Source: Hydrolagus affinis
Taxonomy: Eukaryota
DNA length: 64,000 nucleotides
Direction: 5' to 3'
Assembly: GCA_012026655.1 (NCBI GenBank)
Contig: JAAILG010000988.1
Location: 1-64,000 of the forward strand
This document shows, piece after piece, positions 1-13,110 of the stretch. The stretch's first letter is position 1. Every line of letters starts with the position of its first letter. Position numbers and translations under genes: made by a program. The notes under the pieces were generated by a model. That model searched no databases and had not been told where the DNA came from. It saw only the letters and a program-made list of their open reading frames with translations.

Positions 1-328
1 GTTGAAGAGCAGATGGCATTGCCAAACTGGCTTTGTGTTTTTCCAGAAAATGGTCACTTTATCCTTGAAATAGGTTTTTCAAACTGAGCTCAAGATGGCT
101 GCTGCATTTGCCTACAAAAAAGCCACCACACATGATAGTAATTGCTGTAAAATTCTTGGATCTGTTTTGATGTTATAAGCCCTATAAAAATATGATTTCT
201 AAATAGATAAGTAATTGGCATTGATGGTTGCAATCCAACGCTAATGTAAGCATCACCAGCAATCTGCAACTTCAACAGTGTTTGAAAGCATTTCCAGAAC
301 ATGTCAAGAGAATGGCATTAAAAAAACA

Positions 329-393
329 CCAGCACAGATTTGATGGACCATAATAGCCTGTTGCTGTGCTGTAACTATGATTCTATGATTCTA
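329..393 (+). mobile_element. CR1-type LINE 3' tail
   Basis: agcacagatttgatgg...tgtgctgtaa followed by the (ATTCTATG)n-like CR1 terminal repeat. Confidence 0.65.
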
Positions 394-686
394 CTGCTTG
401 AGTGACGTTTACTGTATTATGCATTTGGATGCGATAAACCAACTGCACTTGCAGTCCAAGCCCACTTTGACAGAAAGCTTTGATTTCTATCAAAGGCAAG
501 CTGTGGTAGAGCAGTGTGTACAGTGTGAAGTGTGTAGGCTGAAAATAGCATTTGTTACTCCCAGTTCATCTGGAGAAAAGTGGGACCAACTGGATTAGAG
601 GTGGGCTAGGAAGGCTTTCAATAAAGTTCTTCCGAATCCAAAGGCTGCAAGACATTAAAGTCTGTTTTTTGGAAACATACTTATAG

Positions 687-917
<231 letters not shown>

Positions 918-2189
918 TGACTCTAATTTTCCAATTTCCATTAATGGAAAAGTCTGCATTTAATGAGAGATCCCAGTTAAAGTGGTAATTTAACGGGAAC
1001 GACCTCACATGTAATAAGAAAATTATTTGGGATTTTTCAGATTTTATGCGTTCAATAAAAATGCTAATGTATCAGCATTGCGAGTTTAATTAACTATTTT
1101 TTTCCCCCCCAGTGTATATCATTTTAACTCTCAAATCGGATTTCCCATCCCCCAGACTTCCTTCATTGCAGGAGCCAGAAAGATCTGGGCCATGGGCATC
1201 TCTGTGGCAGTCTTCGACGTCACTGCAGTGGCATTGAGAGGAAAACCACTGTGGGCTCATAAAGGCTTGAGCCAAAGGTTTAGTTGATGTACCAGCAACA
1301 AGGGGAACTGGACTGACATGAAAGCATAAGTTAGAATTTATTAATTAGGATCAGATAGTATTCTGGTATCAAGGACTGCATTTTGCAGACTACTTCCTGT
1401 CCCCAATATCAAAGTTGTTGTCTCCTTTGTTGTATCACTTTGCTACGGCTTTCACCTCACAGTTCTGAAAGCTTTTGCTGCGAGAGTGCTTGTGAAATAA
1501 TTTGAACCCAGTAGGTCAGGTTGGAGAAAATGTATGCTGTATTCTGCATATTGAGGTTAATAGCAAATGCAGCTCAGATGCCACTGACCTGACCTTTCAG
1601 ATAGGCTTATTTGGCAATCTGCCTGCAGCTACATTTTGGGAAAACTATGCTTCACAAAAAGACAATAATGGTATGCAGCAGTTCTGTTCTTAAACTAGAA
1701 CAGATAATTCAACTTTTTATTTTGCGTTTATCATTTAATTAATTTCTTATGGATTTGTCTGTATTTAAATTACCAGTAATCACAGTGAGTGATGATATAT
1801 CTATCACTGTATTGAAAAACAAAAATCTTCTCAACACTAGGGGTCAGTGGAGTATTCAGTGATTGCAGTGTAAATCAGTTATACTGTTTGTAGCTTGAGT
1901 TCATTTTTTATTTTTTGGCTGTATTTAGTGCTTTAACTCTACATGAAGATTGTGTGCATTGTAGACTGCAGGCTAACTCTCTCTGTCTCAACAAAGACAT
2001 TTTGAATTGTTTGAGGGAATGAATAGTATATTTTCTAAATCTTTTTGACTGTGATCTCAGATCCAGACCAAAGTCACTCTAAATGCTCTTATGAATTGGG
2101 TGCACAAATGTGAACTATGTTCAGAAGCAGATAGTGAATGCCATTGCATCAATGGAAATTGTCTGTACTTTGGGGGAAGGAACCTGGAA

Positions 2190-2500
2190 GAGCCATGGAA
2201 CAAGTTGTGGTGCACACAAAGCAGTGGGATTTTGAATTACGATGAACATGTTATGAAACCGGACCAAAAGCTTTCCTCACAGTTTTAAATCTATTATGAC
2301 TTGACCTTCAATTGATTGTAATTGTACTAATTGACAAATTCAAAGCTCTCAACAAATTGTGGGAAAAAAACGGTTCAGAGGAATGGTCGGTGTGGAACAG
2401 TCACAGCCTGATGAGATCACATTGAGTAATATTAAGATAGTTCAATAGCACACACTTCAGGCATTTTAGAATGAGTTGGGTGCTTAAATATAGTTGAAAT
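2190..2500 (+). mobile_element. degenerate CR1 LINE 3' fragment
   Basis: gaatggtcggtgtggaacag and ttttagaatgagttgg resemble the end of CR1 ORF2. Confidence 0.45.
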
Positions 2501-3232
2501 AAAAGATTCCCATTAAAAGTAAAAATTAAAAGTAGTGTTAGTCAATACAGCAAGGATTTGTACCAGATTACATAAAACCAAAATCTTGGGGAAAAATACA
2601 GTGAACAAAAGTAGCTGGTTTCTAACATAGTATTTGGGCAAGTTTTTTTTTTAAAAAGGGATGCTGTTGATAAGTCATTTATATTCTTAGATAGTCTGTC
2701 ATTATTAATTAATGAAAAAAGAACCATGCATTCATGCCTGATTTTTAGTCATATCAATTTGAGAAACTGTACCTATGTCACTACGAAGCTCAGTCTTGTC
2801 ACCAATTTCCAACAGTGATACTTTTCCTCAGCATGCCTTGCTAAGTGACCATTATTTATGTTTGAGCCATAACAGTGAATATGAACAGACTATTTGACTG
2901 CAGCAGATCATTTATACAAGTCCAATCCTATTCTCACTTTGGAGTCCAACAGGTGGTAACCAGATAGTGATTAAGAAGCAAGAACTCTGTTTTATTCTTA
3001 CCCCCCAGCCCCTCCAAAGCCTTGAGTATTGAGGTATAACATTTTGCCATTGTAGCTAAAATCAGCTGATTCAACACAAACTGGCAATTGAGTTTGGGAT
3101 TTTCCTTGTCAATCAAGCTGTGTTTATATATTAAAAACTGCTCTTTTGAAGTTACTCGTGGGTGCAAACTATTTCTCTCTCCTTGAGAAATGAGAGACCA
3201 AAATTTGTTTTGTACAAGATTCTAACTATTTT

Positions 3233-3345
3233 TGACCACAAAATATACAGTAAATTCATTTTACAGTATATTCTGTGAAGCGCTTTGAGACATCTCGAAG
3301 ACATGATAAGATGCTATATCAAATGCAACGATTATTATTATTATT
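3233..3345 (+). mobile_element. SINE 3' tail (Deu-SINE, L2-type tail)
   Basis: cacaaaatatacag...gtgaagcgctttgagac...gctatatcaaatgcaa+(ATT)n; recurs many times in the window. Confidence 0.85.
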
Positions 3346-3434
3346 CTTGTGGCTCATGAGAACTTGGATTTTTTTAAAAAATTCCGTAGCTTCTTGAATG
3401 TGGATCTGCTCAATATTGTGCTATCTTCCTGCAG

Positions 3435-3523
3435 ATATTGTCCATCGGGATTTGAAACTGGAAAACATTTTAGTTAAGAACAATGAAAGCAACAGTGAAA
3501 TTGACATGAAACTGAATATAAGG
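3435..3523 (+). CDS. STK33: STK33 exon with catalytic loop
   Basis: cttcctgcag acceptor, AGG|gtaaat donor; (D)IVHRDLKLENILVKNNESNSEIDMKLNIR; phase fits the previous exon. Confidence 0.95.
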
Positions 3524-4671
3524 GTAAATGAAATGTACAGAAATTCTTTTTGAAAAAAGTGTGTGTATTGTGGGCTTATAAGGTTGATAGTTTCCTTTTC
3601 ACTTTTTATCATAAATGATTCCATTCTGGAACAAATTTACGAAGGCCACATGCTCAACTGTCAATTTATACAATGAATCCAAATACTACACTTCAAATCC
3701 ATGAGGGCATTGTGAACCTTATACATCCAATAAAATTCTTAATTCTGCATCCTCCACATCCCACTGGAAAGGATCTGATCTGGATCAAAATGTGTAGGAC
3801 GAAATGGGCTCAGAGTACATCCTCATCACATATACTGTGAAGTTAGACAGTGAAAAGTAAGCATGTTAGATTGGTGCTAGAAAAGCACTGTTGCTTTGAT
3901 GAAAGGACACAACCTTTGTACAACACAATAAATGTTGGATCAGATGGACCAGTGGATCAGATTCCTCCATCATTCGTACTCACAAATATTTAATTAACGT
4001 CAACCATGTCCATGCATTTTACCCAGAATATAAACAATCTTAGAGCATCCATCTTCAAAGTCTGAAGAAGTCTAGAAGATAGGTAAGGAGTTTGGGATAA
4101 CCAAACTGTACTGGGATGTAAAAGATGTAAATAATTGCATTTTAAAAATAAATTGTCTGTAATAATTAAGCTATGTGCTGTTGTTTAATGTTATTAAAGC
4201 TACAATGAAGCAAACATTTTCATTTTGAAACTGCCCATTGGTTATGTTCTAAGCAATTGATCTGAAATTGAACTCCTCTCTAATATGTTGGAATGGGTCT
4301 TACAATGCCGAGCTAGGGAATTGGATAGCCCTAAGCATCAGCCAATATGAAGCATGAAGGTACAGTACTGTACTCAAAAAAAATCAGCTCTGCCTTTCAA
4401 CAACATGTTCAAACTCTGTGTGGTGGCCAGAGTTTCCATGCACCTGTCTGCAAGTGTTCCTTTCAAACATATTCTTGCATGTCCATACTGCAATGCTGCC
4501 AATAATCTACTGTAGATACAATGTCCTCAATGAGACCACTGCAGATGAAATGTTATATTCGTAGAGAGAGCACAGAGGATGAACAATTGATTGTACAGAA
4601 AATCAACATCTTGAATAAAATTGCTTTGTTTTATTCTGTGAAACATTAATTGGGAATTTTCTTTGCCACAG

Positions 4672-4759
4672 GTGACTGATTTTGGCTTATCTGTTCAGAA
4701 GGGGGGTGTTGGCAGTGAGAATATGTTGCAAGCTACCTGTGGAACTCCCATATATATGG
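4672..4759 (+). CDS. STK33: STK33 exon with DFG motif and activation loop
   Basis: ccacag acceptor, G|gtaaga donor; VTDFGLSVQKGGVGSENMLQATCGTPIYM. Confidence 0.95.
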
Positions 4760-6762
4760 GTAAGAAATTTCTATTGATGTACACATTCCAATGTATTCTG
4801 TTCACCAGACAACATCTCAATTGATTTCAAATAAATCACTGGTGCTTCGTTCAATTTTTAAATCTGCAAATTTTGGGGGGGAGTAATGCCTTTGCTATAC
4901 AAAACGAAAAATAATTTGGATTAATAGTGTGTGCGAATGTTGCTTTTCGTTTTGACTCACATACCTTTCTGAGTGTGAAGATTTGGCCTCAACTATGCTT
5001 TACACATGCATAACTGAGTAGAGCAAGGTTGTACAAATGATGGAGCCAATGGGAAAGCTATGAATTGGTAATGTGTGATTTGGTGTTGCGATATAATTTG
5101 AAATCAATTAGGTCTCCTTATTAATCTGGAATTTGAGGGATTTTGGAACATGCATTGCAGTTCAAAAGGCCTTTCATTAAAAGTTTACACTTTTTTGCAG
5201 GCAGAGTTATGTGGAGAATTTGGGACTAATTACAAGACAATCCCATCAATAAGTACAAATTGGCCTCTACCATATAAGAGCGAGTCTAAGTGTCACCCAA
5301 TGAAGATAAGATCATTTTCATTGTACTCACTGCCTTTCATGTATTACTTTTATGATTATGAAGCACTTTTGTCACAGACAAAATTGACTTCACTTAAAGA
5401 ATTGAAATCTGACGTCATTGTTGAAGATGACAGGAAATTAATTACTAGGTGATCGCACTACTCTGTATGTTATAACCTACACCACCTTTTCAACAGCTCT
5501 TGCTACATATTGAACCTCAAATGATAAGCATACATTTGTCAGGTTTTAAGTGTATTCTTCAGCATAATGCCTTTCAGCGGGATCTGCTTCTAAATATTAA
5601 ATGAAGGTTTTGACTAAGAGCTTGGTGAGAAACGACAGCTGGCATATTCTTGTGGTATTGGTTCAGCTCAGGACCCTTGAGCCTCACTGTAATATGTTAG
5701 CAAGAAAAGAGCAAGGTCTTCTCTGAAGGTTTAAACTCAAATTGAAGTTGAAAATGCAAGTTTTCTTTCTGACTGGAGGGAAAATAGAAGGCGATTATTT
5801 TTCATAAAGAGTAAACTTTCTTGAGTTTCTGGCATCACTAGTGAAGCTAATGCATAGGAGCCCAGACATGACGCAATTCTATAGTACAAGGATGCTAACT
5901 TGTGAGGTTGCGAACCTTCACTGTCACCCAGTGAGTGATGCTGGATTAGTAAAGATGAGTATTGCTAGTTGACTGGCATTCAATTATAGCCCTGGGAATA
6001 TCCTATTGAGTTTTTCTGTTTGAATGTTTTGCTGTCAAACGAGAATCATTTTGTACTACAATTCATCTAATCCAATACACCCTATATCACATCCAATATC
6101 ATAAGACCAGGGCCAATTGGAAACATACTGGGAACATATGAAAGAGGCAGACAGGAAAGGCAAGTGATAATAGCAATTCAAGCAGTTGTACTTCCCCCAA
6201 GGTTCTCCTTTATACTCTAATGATGAATAATATGTTCTGTTGTTCTACTTGGGTGGATTGATTAAGAGAAGGTGAACCTTCTCCTCTTCCACTCGCTCAC
6301 CCTATTTAACTGATTTTTGCCTTGATCGCAGTATAAACCTGGTAATTTTCCATATGCTCCCGTTTCAAAAATGGGAAATCTGCACTTCTAGGATCTCAAT
6401 TTATTTATAATTTTTTTGCGTGACCTAGAATAGGATTAAAAAGAGAACCATGTCCGTTTAAATAACCAATTGAAGCATCTGCTATTACATGGCTCAGAAG
6501 GCTTGTCCTTCCTTTCTGCAGGCAGTATGTATTTGATCAGAATTTCAAACCGTGGCCCTCTCCTGTTTGAACACTGATCCATGTACCTTTTTATATCACA
6601 TATTGCATGCTATTGTGCTCAGTCAATTTGAAATCTTTAATTAAGATTAAACAATGAGCATAGTTAATTGCTTTTGCATTATTTATTCCAGCATCTGCTT
6701 ATGGTGCTACTGGTTCACCCGGGAACAGCCTAAAGTCCAAATCACCTCTAATTTTTAAGTAG

Positions 6763-6900
<138 letters not shown>

Positions 6901-7267
6901 TGAGCAGTCTTCAAAGGGATGGAAATGTTTTCTTTTAAGTGGTGGATGGCATTCTTTTATATTTAGAAAAAAAGTCTTTCTCTTCCTCCTTTACAAATTA
7001 TACTCTGTCTGCCGGAGGTTGTGGTTTAATGAAAAATGATCTAGTGTGCTTAAGAGGAAAGTTAATGGATACATCAGGACGGAGGCTTCTGTGGGGTATA
7101 ACCGCTGAAATAGTTCAGTTGGGCCAAATGACTGGTTTCCATGCCAAATCATTCTGTATAATTCTGAGAGAGCAGAAGAGCTGGTCCCAGTACCATCCAA
7201 CACAGCCATGAGAAAGTGTGTGAGAAAAGCCAGGATGACTCTCTAAAGATAAATGTACTGCAATTTT

Positions 7268-7719
7268 AATAATAGCCTTGCATTTCATATTGTCACATAG
7301 CCAAGACATCTCAAAGCGCTTCACAGGATACTGTATATTGTAAGGTGAGTTGACTGTATTTTGTGGGCAAAATACGGCAGCAGTTTCTGCACAGCAATGT
7401 CCCACAAACAATCATGGAGTGAGTGACCAAATTTATTTGGGGGATTCGTTGGCCAAGACACTGGGGTAAATTCCATTCTCTTCTCAAATACAATACTGCC
7501 ATGGGATCTTTAATGTCCCATTAAACAGGCAGACTGGATCTTGGTTTTATGTTTCATCAGAAGGATGGCATCTCTGACAAGCAACCTCACCCCCCACCCA
7601 AGCCAACACTGCATTGGAATGTCACTTTAAACTATATGATTCCAAGTCCGAACATGGGGCTTGAACCCACAATCTTCTGACTCGGAGGTGAGAGTGCCAC
7701 CATTGTTTCAGGCTGACAC
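7268..7719 (-). mobile_element. near full-length older tRNA-derived Deu-domain SINE
   Basis: minus strand reads a head (gtgtcagc...tctcacctccgagtcagaag...ggttcaagcccc), the Deu core (gggacattgctgtgc) and the shared tail. Confidence 0.8.
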
Positions 7720-8424
7720 ATTGTTTTGGGCACTCTTCCATTTCCTTCCTTCTTTGAAGTGAAATGAGCTTCTCAGCACCTTTGCCCTTCCTCGCCCCCC
7801 CCCACATTTGATGTTGATAATTTAAAAACACAACTTGGGCTCATCAGTTAGAAGACAGATTTCCTATGGGTAGTTTTATGAACTGTGAAACCTGCCTGAC
7901 CTGATTTTATTATCTGAGAGTCGAATAAATTAACGATTGTACTGAAATATATCTACTAAACACAATAAGGAGCTGTTATTATTGTACCTATATGTACATT
8001 ACTCACACATCTATGAAACAGTCGTAAATTTAACTCGAGCTAATCTCTGCCAAGAGTTTATTTCAAACACCATAAAGTTCTAGTAGAAACTGCAACAGCA
8101 AAACAACCAGACTTTTTTTTAAAAAAAACTTGTGAACAAACAACAGCCTTTAGTTGGTGGAAAATACAATGTAGTGAAAGTGGCACAGCACCTAAATTTT
8201 AATACGAAGTGTACTTTGCATACAATGTACACAATCTCTGCACTTTGGAGTAATTCCTGTGAATGCTAAAGAAGCGAAAAGGCACTCTTTCGAATAGGAT
8301 TATTACTAACATCATAGTTAAAAATTTCTCTCAATCAGATAAACTGGTCAGATCACAGTATAAAAGTGTGCAGGTGATTGGGATCAGAGTGAATGACTAA
8401 CACTAGCACAGACTCAATGGCTGA

Positions 8425-8625
<201 letters not shown>

Positions 8626-9451
8626 TAGCCTTAAGCTTTCAAATTGAGACTTAATTTAATTTTTGTTTCAAAACTCTGCACAATTGTGAGATTTAATTTA
8701 AGGTTAAGAGCTTTTTGGTTCATTCTGATTGTTTTTGATGGAGACAATTTGTTTAGGCAGTAAAAGCTGCAATTTGCTCACACGACGAATGGATAAAAAG
8801 AATTCAGTCTTATCCCCGGCTCCTTCCTATGTCAAATCCAGCAAAAGTAGAGGTGATTTGGGGGTTAATATGTGTAAAGTATTTCTAAAAAATCATATTT
8901 TGGGAAATGCAAAATAGAGCCCTAATGTAACGGTGGTTGGAGTCCATTTAATCCTGATTTATAAAGGGGACTTCGATCCCTGGAAAGCTCTCCTGCAGTC
9001 ATTGTTCAAGTGACAGCCAGTTGGCTCGCTTCCTACTCTTTACAGTAAATCCTGAGAAGCACTTTAAAACGTTTCAACAACATGATAAGACCCTGTATCA
9101 GATGCACAGAAAGATAAATAAATTTAGTGTTGCCAAGAATTTTGCATGTTAGCGAATGAATTACTGCTATGATTTTTGCTTGCTCATTTCTGAACAATAA
9201 CTTGCATTTATATATATAATATACACATATATAATATGCACACATATGTATACATATACATATGTAGCACCCTTCATGTGGGGGCAGCGTCTGAAAGTGT
9301 GTGTAACCACTTTATTTCCTCCAAATCTGGATTGCCAAATGCCATCTGGTGCAATATTCATCTGAAAGTACTGCTCAGTGATACAATTACATTTATATAG
9401 TGCCTTTCATGTCAGGAGGACATGACATAATGACATATGTAATGGCAGTGA

Positions 9452-9697
<246 letters not shown>

Positions 9698-10203
9698 TAG
9701 CATGCAATTGGACCCGGGGGGGCCCATTGAGTGTTAAAATGTCACTACAAACATTGGAAAATATGCACAACACCAGACTACTCAACAATAGAATGCCACC
9801 AGTGATATGTTTATCTCTCCTAGTTATAAGACCCTTGCCAAATGCTGTTAAGTAATGTACAAACACAGTCATTGTTCAGATCCCTCCCCACTCCTCACCC
9901 CTCCCCCCCCCCCCCCACCCAAACCTGCACAGTTTGCATATGGTTAAAACCTATGCCAGAATCTGATTTGTGACAAACTTTTCAGGAAATATTGCTTTAG
10001 GCAGTGAGTTCATTCCCTTGTAAAGAGCACCATGACTTGCCATAACTTTCAAGTCACCTGTGAACTCTTAAATACTGTTTGTGGAAAACACTTTTCCAAT
10101 GTGCCCCTGGGCAGACAGAGTTCTTCACGATTTTAAAAAAAATGAATTTCATTTCTTTTCTTGCTGTTTGACCCAAACCTCTAAATACGATCTTGTGTTA
10201 CAG

Positions 10204-10437
10204 GGGGAGACATCAGCCATGCAAAGGCCACCAAATGTGCTTGAAATGATGAAACAGTGGAAAGATAACATGGATGGAGATGAAGCAGAGGCTGAACCAA
10301 ATATTAACACTACTTCACCCAGTGCTTTGTATCAAAACCTGGATAATATTCCTGAAGGGATTGGTAAAAGCAATTGTACTTCTGAAGTTAGCACAGAAAC
10401 TGGTTCTGGCAGCAGTAAGGCCTTGCCAGCTAAACAG
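10204..10437 (+). CDS. STK33: STK33 first C-terminal tail exon
   Basis: gtgttacag acceptor, CAG|gtaaga donor; phase 0; contains the STK33 motif RPPNVLEMMKQWK. Confidence 0.92.
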
Positions 10438-10800
10438 GTAAGACAATAATTTCATATCAAGCAAAAAATTCCACAACTGTTGGATGGGTAAGGTATTAGA
10501 ATGAACTGTCATTGCCAAGTATACTGTAACTTCAGTAATGTGGGTTGGATCATGTCCTACACACACAAATCTCTAGCTACGGGATGTTGGTATCCATGAC
10601 CACAAGTCCCAAATGATGAGGAAATGAGTATCAAATATAGATTCTGTTTTGTTAATTTTTAAAAACAAAAACAAAAATTCCCATGGTAGATCATTAGATA
10701 AAAAATTGTCTTGCGGTGTACCAGGCATTTATATAAGAAGCCGTATGTGACCGCAGTGTTAAATTGCTAATCATTTTGTTTTTTAAATATATTTTTTCAG

Positions 10801-10884
10801 CGGAATAAGAAGAACGCAATTGTGGGTTTGTCAGTCGATGGCTCACGTTTGATGAAGAAACCGAACAAAGCCAGCAGCAACAAT
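10801..10884 (+). CDS. STK33: STK33 84-nt symmetric tail exon
   Basis: long T-rich tract ending attttttcag, AAT|gtgagt donor; open in phase 0: RNKKNAIVGLSVDGSRLMKKPNKASSNN. Confidence 0.72.
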
Positions 10885-11189
10885 GTGAGTTCCAACAAAA
10901 TAGTGCTTCAAATTGCAATTTAATTTTAGCTTTGATTTTAGCTAACGAACGAACTAACGAACTAAGTAAAAAATGATTTTGCTGAGAAGAAATGAAGTGT
11001 TCTTCACATGTGCTAGATTTCATTACAATCAGATGAAGGACCTGATCCATGTTGAAGAAGAGCCAGCCAGGGTCAATCCCAACCTGTACCAAATGCTGCT
11101 GGGGAGGTTTGAGATTGACTTGCTGCATTCTTTCATCACTCAGTCTCAATCCACTGTTCTAGCATGACAATGAAAAATAAGATTTATAT

Positions 11190-11360
11190 AATAATAATAT
11201 TCCTTGCATTTGAGATAGCACATTCTCACATTGTTGAGACGTCTGAAAGCATTTCACAGAATATACTGCAAGTGAATTGACAGCATATTTTGTGGGCAAA
11301 ATGGGCAATTGCACTCAGCAATATCCCACAAATTGTGGATTGAGTGCCCAAATTATTATT
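11190..11360 (-). mobile_element. 5'-truncated SINE in the last STK33 intron
   Basis: (AAT)n + ccttgcatttga...cccacaaa, the reverse complement of the common tail. Confidence 0.8.
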
Positions 11361-11742
11361 TACTGGTAATACTAGTAAATTTACTAGTAATAGATTTAAA
11401 TCAAGGATAACATAAGAGAATAGAAATTGTAGAAGTAATGGTTCTAATGCTGGGACTGTGTAGGTCTGTGAGGGAAAGCAAACTGGGTCTGTATAGGATA
11501 GGCATTGTGAGGGGGAGAAAACTTGATTTATATAGCACCCTCCACATAAAACAATGCTTCAAACTGTTTGATAAATATAGTGGTGGACATTGGAGCAGGG
11601 AAATCGTGATTTGTTGAATTTGTTTGAATTTTAAGTACTGTCTTTTGCAAACTATTTATGGAGAGAATGTGAATTTCCAACTTTGCTTTGATTTTGAAAC
11701 AACCTTACGATTAAGATTTCTTGCATTTTTGATTCATTTCAG

Positions 11743-11964
11743 CTTCCCGGAAGCAGCAAGGTTTCCCCCAAACTAAAAGTGAATCGATCGCCGTTGCAAG
11801 ATAAGCGAGAATGGTCCCCAACACATCTAGTTCCTTCAATCAGACCCAGTTCTATCTCTGCTAAGACAGAGGCACGTAGACCCCTAACCCCACACGCTAA
11901 TGGCTCCGGATATAAAAATGCAAATAAGTCAACTGCCACTTCCAAATCCAAAAAGAGCACATAG
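11743..11964 (+). CDS. STK33: STK33 terminal coding exon
   Basis: gattcatttcag acceptor; phase 0, open to TAG: LPGSSKVSPKLKVNRSP...KSKKST*; Lys-rich end as in other STK33 proteins. Confidence 0.78.
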   Translation, partial: LPGSSKVSPKLKVNRSPLQDKREWSPTHLVPSIRPSSISAKTEARRPLTPHANGSGYKNANKSTATSKSKKST

Positions 11965-13045
11965 GATAAAGAATTTTAACGGCGAAACTACTATACTGCA
12001 AAATGATGCCAAATGCAATACTTCATCGAAAAAGGACCCATGGATTGCACATTCGTACAGGGTGATTCTGGGCTTTCCACTCTTTGGAACTTACCAGTGT
12101 GAATGTTTGTGTTTGCACGTTGGATTCTACATTGTGTACTGTTGAAACAAGGAAACTGTTTTCACTGCGTAACTTTCTTTTTAATGCGTGTTGATATTTT
12201 ATAGTCTCAGACTCACTGTATTTCTTAAAGAGGCATCAGCTTTATTTTTCCATTTTAGAAATAATTTGCTGAAGATATTGCTTTTTGCTGCTGTGAATGA
12301 ATTTGATGTATGCACATTTAATTCGCCCTCACTGGTTTACCTGTAGAGTTCTTACAGACAGGCAAAAGGTCCAAAATGCAAATGAACCAACACATATTCT
12401 GTAGTGAGGGTTGCGCTATATACATTTTCTCAAACACTTAGCTCTGAGGATGTTTATCTAGCACTCAAAGAGCTGCCTACACATTCACCACAAACATTAA
12501 GTTATGTTTAATCAATTAAAGCTGAATCAATTGCAGTGTTATTTGCAATACGTAAAAGTTCGAGCGATTTTATACTGATCTTTGCTGGGGATTATAGAAA
12601 ATTATAAAGTATTTTGGATAGTAGCAACCACTTGTTAACACAGGTACTGTATTAATACAAAAATGCCTATTACATGGCTAAATGTAATTAGTTTTGTGGT
12701 TGTACCAGAGTTTGCATGTAATGAATTGCTGTTTTGTTTTAATATATTGAGGTGTTCTAAGATCGACTGTAGCTCCAAGCCATTTTCTGAGAGTGACATT
12801 TTCTGTGGAACTCCCAGAGCATTGAAATCCCAATGTGTTGTTCTGTGTTGAGAACGTTACCACCACAGAAAAGCTTGCAATGATGTGTCTTTTCTTTACA
12901 CACTGATTCCTGAGTCCTGATTGTGAGACACAGAACAATCTTCCTTGTCTTAACATTTCATTCAGCAACTTTTTTTTCTAATTTAATACACCAAATTGTA
13001 CTATTTCGATTGTAAATCACAAATAAATGCCAGTTTGTTCCTAGC
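11965..13045 (+). other. STK33: probable STK33 3'UTR
   Basis: repeat-free, U-rich stretch after the stop codon, ending shortly after AATAAA. Confidence 0.55.
13022..13027 (+). terminator. candidate polyadenylation signal AATAAA
   Basis: canonical hexamer preceded by TGTA motifs and followed by a GT-rich tract (gtttgttc); an alternative ATTAAA lies near 12515. Confidence 0.5.
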
Positions 13046-13046
13046 T

Positions 13047-13110
13047 ACAACAATAAGAACTTCGATTTATATAGCGCCCTTCACGCCGGACGGTGTCTAA
13101 GAGTGCTTCG
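13047..13110 (-). mobile_element. short L2-type LINE 3' end
   Basis: (CAA)-like repeat + gatttatatagcgcccttcacgccggacggtgtct; the same motif occurs at 22745, 22875, 33771 and 39890. Confidence 0.65.

Noticed and set aside
10694-11149. 151-aa antisense ORF
   Set aside because: It overlaps an STK33 exon and intron on the opposite strand and shows no domain similarity.
11370-11389. Perfect 20-bp palindrome TACTAGTAAATTTACTAGTA
   Set aside because: AT-rich and located at a SINE truncation junction; probably an insertion scar.
12803-12816. 14-nt exact match (CTGTGGAACTCCCA, 'CGTP') to the STK33 activation-loop exon, inside the 3'UTR
   Set aside because: Similarity does not extend and there are no splice sites; one 14-mer match between a ~1.1-kb CDS and 64 kb is roughly expected by chance.
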